A stretch of 64,000 nucleotides of DNA, from contig JBMNJG010000002.1 in NCBI GenBank assembly GCA_050951545.1, positions 128,001 to 192,000 of the forward strand, read 5' to 3'. Below are positions 10,501 through 18,900 of this stretch, one piece after another (within the stretch, counting starts at the first letter, position 1; each line of letters opens with the position of its first letter). The position numbers and the translations under genes were made by a program. Below the pieces are notes generated by a model. It searched no databases. It worked only from the letters and a program-made list of their open reading frames with translations, and had not been told where the DNA came from. The stretch comes from Limnochordia bacterium. Lineage in GTDB: Bacteria; Bacillota; Limnochordia; DTU080.

Positions 10501-11894
10501 TAGTGCGGCGTGAGAGTGACGAAGAAGCGCTCAAAGCAGTCATTGCGCTGCCCATTGGTCATGGGTAGGTAGCGGGTGCCTCCATTAGAGACGGCGCCAG
10601 TTTCGGTTATCTCAGCTATGGAAAAGGGGGTGCTAGCGTTTGAAAGGTACCAGTCTGTGTTACCAGTGAGAAACAGAGGGTTGTCGATCGGCCCCTCGAC
10701 GATCACGGCTGGACGTCCTTCACGGTAGTAATGGTAGTAGGGGTTCGTGACTAGCCTGGGGTTATGAAGACCTTGCGCTTGCCCGTAGCGTACCTCGGCT
10801 ACCACTCCACCAAGGGCTACGGTGTCCACAATGAGGGTCTTGCCCTGTAGGCGCCAGGTATAGGTGACTTCTGCTGACACACCTTGGGCACTTGCTCGCC
10901 AGCGAGAGACCACACTGTCACCGACACGCTCCGTGCCAAGGGGCTCGATGTGTTCGGGAGCTACAGCTCTGTTGCCAACCTGCAGGTAGATACCGCCGCC
11001 GACGAGGGGGTTCATCGTTGCATCGCGGCCAGACCAGTTGGCGGTAAGGTCGCCCCAGGTGCCAGTGCTGGGCGTGTAGTGCCAGGTGAGCTGGCCGTCA
11101 TCGCCGTGATAGCTGAAGACAAAGGTGTTGCCCTCTTGGCTCACGGCGTTGTGGAAGTTGCTTGTCAGGTTGTCTGGCAGAATCGTCTCCGGGCGATTTG
11201 GGAACGGTAGGCGATCTGGGCCTGTGTTGCTACCGGTACTTTGTCCGGGGAACATGTCGATGCCGCGCAGGGGGCGGGGCTCAAAGCTCAGGGCTGGCCA
11301 CTCTTCGGTAAAGACGGCCAGGTTATCGAAGTAGACCGTCCGATCGTCGGTGTTACGGCCGTTACGGATCAACAGATGGGAGAAACTGAAATCACCTTGA
11401 TGCACCTGAGTGATCTGATCGGGTGTCAGGCGGCGATGGCACAGAAACCACTCTTTCCATCGTATGCTGATTAGGTCAACAGCTAACAACCCACCCGAAG
11501 TGTCCTCAAAGACAGCCGTAATGGAAATGGAGGGCGTAGTGGAATCGGAGATTGTGTTGCCGTAGACCCACATTGTCACCGCGTCGAAATCGTCCTTGAT
11601 GGGGATCGGTCTGGGCGGCAGAATGCGTACCTCTGGACTCGAGCCCGTGGCCCGATAGGTGAGCTTGCCCACGTAGTCACCCCAGATGCGTTGGTCACGC
11701 GAGCGGCTGAAGGTAGCTTGGGCGTTCTTGGTCTCAACGCGCCAGCCACTGAGGTCCTCGAAGTCGACCAAAGGGGGGCGATCATCTTCGTGACGCCCTG
11801 CCCAGTCGAGTTCGTAGGGGCGCAGGCCGAATGCTGCGCATGGAGTCGCGGCGAGCAGGCCAGTGAGGAGTAGTGCGACGAGTAACGCGATCAT
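7566..11894 (-). CDS. Large secreted protein (1442 aa), putative GH101/GH129/DUF5696-like catalytic domain with carbohydrate-binding-like modules
   Basis: Signal peptide, GGAGG RBS, central YCDVHT...VYSEG motifs, C-terminal NPCBM-like segment (MHPPY...SDLGDGI...VRLKLIADVG). Confidence 0.55.
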   Translation of the reverse strand: MIALLVALLLTGLLAATPCAAFGLRPYELDWAGRHEDDRPPLVDFEDLSGWRVETKNAQATFSRSRDQRIWGDYVGKLTYRATGSSPEVRILPPRPIPIKDDFDAVTMWVYGNTISDSTTPSISITAVFEDTSGGLLAVDLISIRWKEWFLCHRRLTPDQITQVHQGDFSFSHLLIRNGRNTDDRTVYFDNLAVFTEEWPALSFEPRPLRGIDMFPGQSTGSNTGPDRLPFPNRPETILPDNLTSNFHNAVSQEGNTFVFSYHGDDGQLTWHYTPSTGTWGDLTANWSGRDATMNPLVGGGIYLQVGNRAVAPEHIEPLGTERVGDSVVSRWRASAQGVSAEVTYTWRLQGKTLIVDTVALGGVVAEVRYGQAQGLHNPRLVTNPYYHYYREGRPAVIVEGPIDNPLFLTGNTDWYLSNASTPFSIAEITETGAVSNGGTRYLPMTNGQRNDCFERFFVTLTPHYEETLPNIPNPTSPWKKITGTKLWRAHGASNRQTDMAYWRRHYRWGIREMVVTDHETMWRDGEESFTFRTKAAPKKGGDEGALAYSRFMQDELGYVYGPYNNFTDFAPVNEFWSTDMVNRDQNNQLQHAWRRCYAPKPTRAVEYNQLLAPQIQGKFGFSTAYCDVHTAVSPWARVDYDYRVPGAGTFASVFYSYGEIMLTQKKAWNGPVYSEGNMHWMYSGLTDGNYAQDRGYDLPTQPWLVDFDLRKMHPLAGNFGMGSISMFYGQDYSLGDTPEQMDASIDRFLAATIAFGHPGFLVGDGGFQNTLRSYHMLQQLHSRYCLAEAEHILYADAMGQLHDVSSAVASGIYRRSQIVTRYSDGTVTVVNGSPTERMRVNAFNRELDLPPNGYAGWSADGAIDVISDDAVGHRADYAATPAYLYVDARGTFTRFAKAAGDGLCICRKSGPAEWEIIPYEGAICGFAIDGESAIALDFDGRELGPAKLRHSRGMTWVAPVEGAFSYLVRQGPGKNQALHCDRDHVVAGERVTVSGVQEHEIIIPVEAQPGEHIWLQIEDHWIDFVVVPLAEAVPTLEDNTLNLTLRSNLVDATSVEITLAGVSHELFLAPGHPATVSFDLGEPDDEMIDYLEIELRAGDLREQVEYGLQITRTRPMLEELPKQWSVGVALRGRGETADMTASRATVALGSRTCGMIPRKGFTMHPPYVGGTGYVFVLYEPMTIPDEPSALRAWVGKGDGSDLGDGILYKVAVITPDGEEHIVGMQRVTKHEWLELEGDLSAFSGQSVRLKLIADVGEANNSVGDWACVAEARIEARNKAFVRTLDLDPTGYRREPGPFPVSGLTAEDLRSATRGWLFYDGIGLSGTGDAYGSFAVLNGIELGNMAPAGGSETQNIWDFSAIPLTKAAIASLGFRNTFEIRNPKRDYFKVRRFWIRLDLADGRPASSLISPGVYTQPPQWPYAEGIGIPFTESISVDIWFDK

Positions 11895-12041
11895 CGGTGA
11901 TACCTCCGACAGTGGCAGGTCTAGCCTGCGCTGGATGCATCAGCTTTCGGCGGAGGCTCTGATTCCCCTTGAAAAATACGGCTTCGCCTCCCATGCTTCG
12001 GCGGCGGAAGCATGGCATGCACACAACCTGTCGAATGACTG

Positions 12042-12070
12042 TTGCGTGATGAAGCAAACTAGCATAACAT
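12042..12070 (+). promoter_or_regulatory. Sigma-A promoter for T-box/serS
   Basis: TTGCGT-N17-TAACAT just upstream of the T-box leader. Confidence 0.6.
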
Positions 12071-12089
12071 GAGAAACAGTATTCTGCTG

Positions 12090-12345
12090 TAAACACGATG
12101 ATGGGGACCATGGTCGTAGAGCTTGCCACAGAGAGCTGACGTTTGGTGCGAGTCGGTGCAGCCTGTGACCTATCCACCCCTGAGTGCGAGTGAGCCTCCT
12201 ACTTCGTCAGGTGAAACTCGCCGGGTAGCCCGTTATAGCACAACAAGGGTCTCGCTGAGGGGCGCTCAGAGTATCGACGCGTCCGGCAGAGGGAAACCAG
12301 GGTGGCAACGCGGCAAAACCGTCCCTGAAGGGGCGGTTTTTTGCT
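12090..12345 (+). promoter_or_regulatory. T-box riboswitch (Ser, specifier UCC) with terminator
   Basis: Stem I CAGAGAGCTG and GGTGCGA boxes, TCC at 12173-12175, T-box AACCAGGGTGGCAACGCGG at 12295-12313, terminator AAAACCGTCCC-TGAA-GGGGCGGTTTTTT at 12315-12342; directly upstream of serS. Confidence 0.92.
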
Positions 12346-12406
12346 TACCCTGAACGTAATAGGCACACGCTTACAGTACAAAGACAGAGGAAGGACGTGT
12401 TTCGTA

Positions 12407-13681
12407 ATGCTTGATCTCAAGGTCATTCGGGCCAATCCGGAGGCTGTGGCGCAAGCACTTGCTCGCCGGGGTGAGCAAGTGCCCATCGGTGAACTGCTGG
12501 AACTGGATCAACAGTGGCGGGATCGCTTGGGCGAAGTGGAGCAGCTCAAGGCTCGACGTAATGTAGTATCCGAACGCATCGGAAAAGCCAAAGGCCGGGG
12601 GCCGGAAGCTGCTGCGGCCATAGCCGAGATGAAAGAGGTTGGCGAGCGCATAAAGCTGCTTGACGCCGAGGTGCGAGATCTGGAGGTTCGCATAGGCGAC
12701 CTCCTCTTACGCATACCTAACATCCCCCACTCGGATGTACCGGATGGTTTTTCGGAAGCGGAGAACGTGGAAGTTAAGCGCTGGGGCGAGCCTACGAAGT
12801 TCGATTTCACACCAAAGGCACACTGGGACCTGGGAACGGATCTGGACATCTTGGACTTCGACCGAGCATCAAAAGTGGCTGGTGCCCGCTTCAGTTTTGT
12901 GAAAGGGCTGGGAGCACGGCTGCACCGTGCGCTTATCAGCTTCATGATCGATCTGCATACGCAAGAGCATGGCTATGTGGAAATCTTGCCGCCGTACATG
13001 GCCAACGCAGCTAGCCTTACTGGTACGGGTCAGCTGCCTAAGTTCGGCGAGGACATGTTCAAGGTGGAAGAGCGCGACCTGTATCTGATTCCTACTGCAG
13101 AGGTGCCTGTAACCAACTTTCACCGCGACGAGATACTCGATGGCGATAGCTTACCCCTTTACTACGTGGGCTTCTCTGCTTGTTTTCGCTCGGAGGCAGG
13201 GTCGGCTGGCCGCGATACTCGGGGCCTTATTAGGCAGCATCAGTTCGACAAGGTTGAGCTCGTGAAGTTCGTAAAACCCGAGACTTCCTATGAAGAACTG
13301 GAAAGGCTTGTGCACGAGGCCACCGAGGTCTTACGCCGCTTGGAGTTGCCGTACCGCATCGTCAAGATGTGTGCGGGCGATCTTGGCTTTACCGCGGCGA
13401 TGAAGTTCGACCCTGAGGTCTGGATGCCGAGTTACGGTCGGTATGTGGAGATCTCTTCGTGTAGCAATTTCGAGGATTTTCAGGCGCGAAGGGCGAATAT
13501 TCGTTTCCGAAGGGTACAAGGGCAAAAGACGGAGTTCGTACACACACTTAACGGCTCAGGTCTTGCAGTAGGCCGCACTCTGGCGGCGGTTCTGGAGAAT
13601 TACCAGAATGCAGATGGCTCGGTTACTGTTCCTGCAGCGTTGCGACCCTATATGGGAGGAGTTGAGAGGATCACGCCATAA
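12407..13681 (+). CDS. serS: Serine--tRNA ligase
   Basis: MLDLKVIR start, N-terminal coiled arm, [48 protein letters not shown]. Confidence 0.97.
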   Translation: MLDLKVIRANPEAVAQALARRGEQVPIGELLELDQQWRDRLGEVEQLKARRNVVSERIGKAKGRGPEAAAAIAEMKEVGERIKLLDAEVRDLEVRIGDLLLRIPNIPHSDVPDGFSEAENVEVKRWGEPTKFDFTPKAHWDLGTDLDILDFDRASKVAGARFSFVKGLGARLHRALISFMIDLHTQEHGYVEILPPYMANAASLTGTGQLPKFGEDMFKVEERDLYLIPTAEVPVTNFHRDEILDGDSLPLYYVGFSACFRSEAGSAGRDTRGLIRQHQFDKVELVKFVKPETSYEELERLVHEATEVLRRLELPYRIVKMCAGDLGFTAAMKFDPEVWMPSYGRYVEISSCSNFEDFQARRANIRFRRVQGQKTEFVHTLNGSGLAVGRTLAAVLENYQNADGSVTVPAALRPYMGGVERITP

Positions 13682-13745
13682 ACCGGGGCGTGGCATGCAG
13701 GAGCCCAGTATGAGCGACCGCACAGAAGAGGGGGAGATTGACGTG

Positions 13746-15647
13746 ATGCACAAGCGCAGCAAAGGCACTGGTCTTGGGATCGCGCTCATGCTCGTGGCTT
13801 TGGCCGTCTCAATGAGCATGAGTGCACATGCAGGGGCAGGCTCCATCCCCAGTGTATACGGTGCGGATGCTAACCCCACAGGCGATCCGATAGGCGGTGG
13901 TGTGGGATATCGCCGCCTTGTCCTTCAGGGTGACTATCTGGTTTCTACCGCGGATGAACTGCTGGATGCCATGCGCCAAGTTCAAGCGGGCGAGGTGATC
14001 ATGGTGGCCTCGCAGGCAGAGATAGACATGACAGGTTACTCCAAGTTAGAGATCAAACCAGGTGTGACACTAGCCGGAGATCGCGGGTACGAGGGATCAA
14101 CTGGTCCGCTGATTTATACCGACGAGTTCAACACATACCCTCTGTTTTACGCAGGCGAGGGCGTGCGTATCACGGGCTTGCGTCTGCGAGGTCCCGACCC
14201 GGATACACAAGAGAGCGCGTACGTCCTGCCCAACTCATGTGCCATCGATACCCGAGCTCCAGGGCTTGAAGTGGACAACAACGAGATTTTCAACTGGTCA
14301 TATGCAGGTGTCTCTGTTCGCCACGGGCCTGCCCATGTGCATCACAACGTCATTCATCACGTGCGCCGAGCTGGACTGGGCTATCCCGTTGTGGTGAATC
14401 AGGGCACGGCGCTCATTGAAGCCAACTATTTCGACTGGTATCGCCACGCCATAGCGAGTACAGGTATGTTGACCGCTGGTTATGAGGCTCGTTACAACTG
14501 GGTTGGTCCGAATGCTACGAGCTTCGCCTTCGATATGCATGGCGGCGCTGACTTCTGTCCGAAGCGGGCCACGCCTTGCTCAACTCAGGAGAAGTTTATG
14601 GGCGGCGAGTGGATCAAGATCCATCACAACACTTTCGAGATCACCCATCAACGAGCCATTGGCATCCGTGGTGTACCTTTGCAGGGTGGGGATATTTATC
14701 GCAACTGGTTTGCGCACACCGATCCGAATGCAGCAGTTGGCTTTCGTAACTATCTAGGGAACGTATCAGTGCGCGATAACGCCTACGGCCCTGCGCAGGC
14801 GGTTGTCGACCGGTTCGTCGATGCGTCTCCATTTGTGCGTACCTGTAGTGGCTGGTGCAGTGTTACCAACCCTAATCTACCCGTGGTGAATGTGGTTGCT
14901 CCTATCAAAATTGGATTCGTGCAACCCTCACCTGAAGCCGGGTCCATTGTGACTGGTCAGGTTCCAGTAGAGGTGCAGGTAGAGACGGCAGGTTTCTTCG
15001 AGCTTGAGCGTCTGGAGATAAGGCTGGATGACCAACCTCTCTTTGTGGATCGTCGGGTACCTCAGGCTGGGGAACTGGTACTTGACACGTATGAGCTCGT
15101 GGATGGAAGTCACGATCTATCATTCACGGTCACAGGTACCCAGGGTGTGAAGCTGAGGGAAGAGTTCCGGTTGCATGTGGCCAACTGGTGGCAGAAGCAG
15201 GATCCGCTCAACCCGCCCGTGGAGAACGCTTGGTTTGGAACCATCGATCGCTCGATGACCATCGATCGATCATCTGGCTGGGTCTATGCCACGGATGACG
15301 TGGCCTCTCCTTTTGATGATGACGGGAGGCTTGTGCGGAGAGAACATACAGCAGAGTATCTTGAGTGGGAAGCACCATGCTGGAGAGAGTCAGTGGTCAC
15401 CCTCTATGTGCAGGGGAGCTTGGGCGAGAACTGGGTGAGTCTGAGCACTTCCGTCGACGGGGAGACCTGGGCGAGCATTCCCTGTGAGGTGAGTAGCGCC
15501 GAGCGGGTTGGAGAGTGGACACGCTATGTGCTAAAGAGTACCCCAGCTGTGATTCCCGAAGCCGACTTCTTTCGATTGGATATCTCAGAGAATGCCCCTG
15601 TGGCTGGCCTCCAATTGGGTGAGGTGCACTTGCGCGGATGGAAATAG
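13746..15647 (+). CDS. Secreted right-handed beta-helix (pectin-lyase fold) protein with Ig-like C-terminal domains
   Basis: Signal peptide; repeated VDNNEIFN, VHHNVIHH, IEANYFD, ARYNWV, IHHNTFE, IYRNWF rungs; GAGGGGGAG RBS. Confidence 0.7.
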   Translation: MHKRSKGTGLGIALMLVALAVSMSMSAHAGAGSIPSVYGADANPTGDPIGGGVGYRRLVLQGDYLVSTADELLDAMRQVQAGEVIMVASQAEIDMTGYSKLEIKPGVTLAGDRGYEGSTGPLIYTDEFNTYPLFYAGEGVRITGLRLRGPDPDTQESAYVLPNSCAIDTRAPGLEVDNNEIFNWSYAGVSVRHGPAHVHHNVIHHVRRAGLGYPVVVNQGTALIEANYFDWYRHAIASTGMLTAGYEARYNWVGPNATSFAFDMHGGADFCPKRATPCSTQEKFMGGEWIKIHHNTFEITHQRAIGIRGVPLQGGDIYRNWFAHTDPNAAVGFRNYLGNVSVRDNAYGPAQAVVDRFVDASPFVRTCSGWCSVTNPNLPVVNVVAPIKIGFVQPSPEAGSIVTGQVPVEVQVETAGFFELERLEIRLDDQPLFVDRRVPQAGELVLDTYELVDGSHDLSFTVTGTQGVKLREEFRLHVANWWQKQDPLNPPVENAWFGTIDRSMTIDRSSGWVYATDDVASPFDDDGRLVRREHTAEYLEWEAPCWRESVVTLYVQGSLGENWVSLSTSVDGETWASIPCEVSSAERVGEWTRYVLKSTPAVIPEADFFRLDISENAPVAGLQLGEVHLRGWK

Positions 15648-15994
15648 AGTGGTGTCTGAGGAGCCGGGTGGTCTCGAGAAGCTTAGGAGGAAAACGTGGA
15701 TTTCCTCTTGTTTCGGTAACAGCGAGAGACCTTCTGGGACAATAATTCTGAGCCCCACGCTGAGTTTTTCACCCGATTGGAGGCTGATGGGCCTCGACAA
15801 AGGCGAGTCATCATTTCGCATTCCCGACATGTAGAGGAAGGGATTGGTAACCGCGTTACGAAGTAAATAAGAACCAAGATTGTCGTGATAATCCGTTGGG
15901 TTGCGTCGAGTGAGTTGGGCGGGCTACAGGGTTACAGGTAAGTGGTGAAGTGGACACGATGACGCCCTTGAATCTGGAATGAGGAGGCAGACGT

Positions 15995-18900
15995 ATGCAC
16001 AAGAGGGGACTGGCAATGGCGGTGGCGTTGATTGCCGCAATTGCCTGCGTCTTACCCGGAGTAGCAGCAGACAGTGTGTTCAATGATGTACCTAGCGATC
16101 ATTGGGCTTATGATGCAGTGGGCCGGCTTGCTGCGGCAGGCTTGGTAGAAGGCTACCCAGATGGTTCGTTTGGTGGCGAGCGCACGTTCACTCGCTACGA
16201 AATGGCCATGGTTTTCTCCCACATCGTAGACCGTCTCGACAAAAATGTGGAAGAGCAAGTCGGACAAGAGGTGGCGGCTAGATCCGCTGACCTCGATCGA
16301 AAAGTCGCTGACGCTGCAGTCGAGGCCCGCAAGGCATTGGCCGCCGCTTTAGAGGCTCAGTCTAAGGCCAATAGGGCAGCCGATGCCGCCGCTGATGCAT
16401 CAAGCGCTGCGGAAGAGGCAGGTAAGCAAGCTCTAGCGGCAGACAGCAAGGCGGACCAAGCGTTGCGCCAAGCCGAGGCAGCGCTCGACGCGAGCAAGGC
16501 GATGCAGGAGGTAGCGCAGGCAGCTAAGCTAGTGGCTGACGAAGCCTTGGCTCTGGCGAAGCAGCCAGCGGGCACTGCTCAGGTAGTTGAAACGGACCCG
16601 GCTCTCGTTGAAGAGGTCAAAGCGCTTCGGGAACTGGCGAATGAAGCCAATGCCGCCGCCAAACGCGCGGAAGCGGCAGCCGAGGCTATCAAGCAGCAGC
16701 ATGCAGAGGATTTCAACGAATGCCAAGCGGCTATCGTGGAGGCCAAGGCGGTTGCAGCCAAAGCCGAGACGCTGGCGAAAAACGCAGCGACCTCAGAGGA
16801 GTTAGCTGCTGTTCGGCAAGCGGCGCAGGATGCAGCTGATGCTGCAGATCGTGCCGAGAAGCTGGCGCAGTCAGCAGCTCAGCTTGAGGACGTAGCTCAG
16901 ATTGCAGCCAAGGCGAACGATGCTCTGGCGTTGGCTGCAACGGCAGACGCTCGGGCTCGAAACGCACAGGCAGAAATCGATTATGAGAAACGCTATCGCT
17001 ATGATGATTCGGCTAAAGTAGTCATGCGTGATTTCGTCAAGCAAAGCATTATCGAAGAGACAGACGCCATTAAGCGCGACGCACCAGCTTTGGCCAAGCG
17101 TGTGCTGGCTCTCGAAGGCAAGGCAGATGAAGCCATCTCTGCCGAAGAAGCAGAGCAGATCGCTATCCGAGTGGTAGGCGAGCGCATAAGAACAACAGCG
17201 GGCGATGCAGGTGCTCAGGTGGTAGCCTGTGATGTTACACAGGGCGATCTGGACGCCGTACGCACCCTTGTCGATCAGAAGGCTGCTGCTCTGAACAAGG
17301 ACATGGAGCAGCTTGACAAAGAGTACGCTGCCGAGCTACAGGCACTCGCCAGAAGGGTGGCTAGCCTCGAAGAGCGTCTGGCGAAGATTGATGAGAGAGT
17401 GACCCAGTTGGATTCGGCTCCATCTGATGCCGGACAAGTACAGGGTCTCGATGCTATTGAAGATGACTTGGCAGCTCTGCGGGTCGAAGTTGCAGCGCTG
17501 ACAGGTAATGTGGTCGGTACGCAGTCCGATGTGGCTAAGCTAGCGCAAAGACTAGACGCCAGTGAGGCTAATGTGGCATCCGTAAAATCAGAGGTAGGGG
17601 CACTGGATCAGCGGGTCAAGGCGGGCGAGGATGATGTTGCAGAAGTCCGCGCCGAAGTTGCTGCGCTGACAGGCAATGTGATCGATACGCAATCCGACGT
17701 AGCCAAGCTGGCTGATAGGTTGAGTGCCACCGAGTCTGGTGTTGCGAAGCTGCTGGCAGCTGGCAAGGTCGAGCCTGCGGTGGCCGCATCCGGGGTCGCA
17801 CAGGCTGATGTAGACGCCGTAAAGGCAGATCTGGCTTCGGTGAAGTCGGATGTCAGCGATCTGGGTCAGCAGGCAAAGGCCACCGAAGATGGTCTGGCAG
17901 CTACCCGTACAGAGGTTGCTGCACTGACAGGTAATGTGGTCGGCACGCAGTCTGATGTAGCGAAGCTAGCGAACAAGCTGGAGGCGACTGAGGCTGATGT
18001 AGGCGAGCTGACTGGCGAAGTGGAAGCCATCGGCGCCGATGTGGATGGTGTGAAGGCAGATCTGGCTTCGGTGAAGTCGGATGTCAGCGATCTGGGTCAG
18101 CAGGCAAAGGCCACCGAAGACAGTCTGGCAGCCACCCGCGCTGAGGTTGCTGCACTGACAGGTAATGTGGTCGGCACGCAGTCTGACGTAGCTGGCTTGG
18201 CTCGGCGTGTAGAGGATCTTGAGGGTAAGCCAGACCTGTCCGGCAAGATCGATGTTGTCGAATCGGATGTGGCTTCTGTGAAGTCGGACCTTGGCGATCT
18301 GGGTCAGCAGGCAAAGGCCACCGAAGATGGTCTGGCAGCTACCCGTACAGAGGTCGCTGCACTGACAGGTAATGTGGTCCGCACGCAGTCTGATGTAGCG
18401 AAGCTAGCGAACAAGCTAGAGGCGACTGAGGCTGATGTAGGCGAGCTGACTGGCGAAGTCGAAGCCATCGGCGCCGATGTGGCTTCTGTGAAGTCGGACG
18501 TCAGCGATCTGGGTCAGCAGGCAAAGGCCACCGAAGATGGTCTGGCAGCTACCCGTACAGAGGTTGCTGCACTGACAGGTAATGTGGTCGGCACGCAGTC
18601 TGATGTAGCGAAGTTGGCTGGCCAGGTCGGTGCCATTGACGCTGATATCACCACCACCAAGCGCGAGTTGGGTGCCGTTGAAGAAGAACTGGAGACAACT
18701 CAGCGTAACCTGACGGTAGCCAAGGCTGAACTGGATGGCTTGCGCAGGGAAATCGGTAGCACCAGGGCTGAGTTGGCCGATGTAGACAAGGATCTCCAGA
18801 CAGTGAAAGACGATCTAGGTCCAATCTGGCGGTGGTTCGAAGCCACAAGCAGGACATTCGACGCGGAGCTAGTCTACAATAGGGTTCGCGGAAACAGCCT

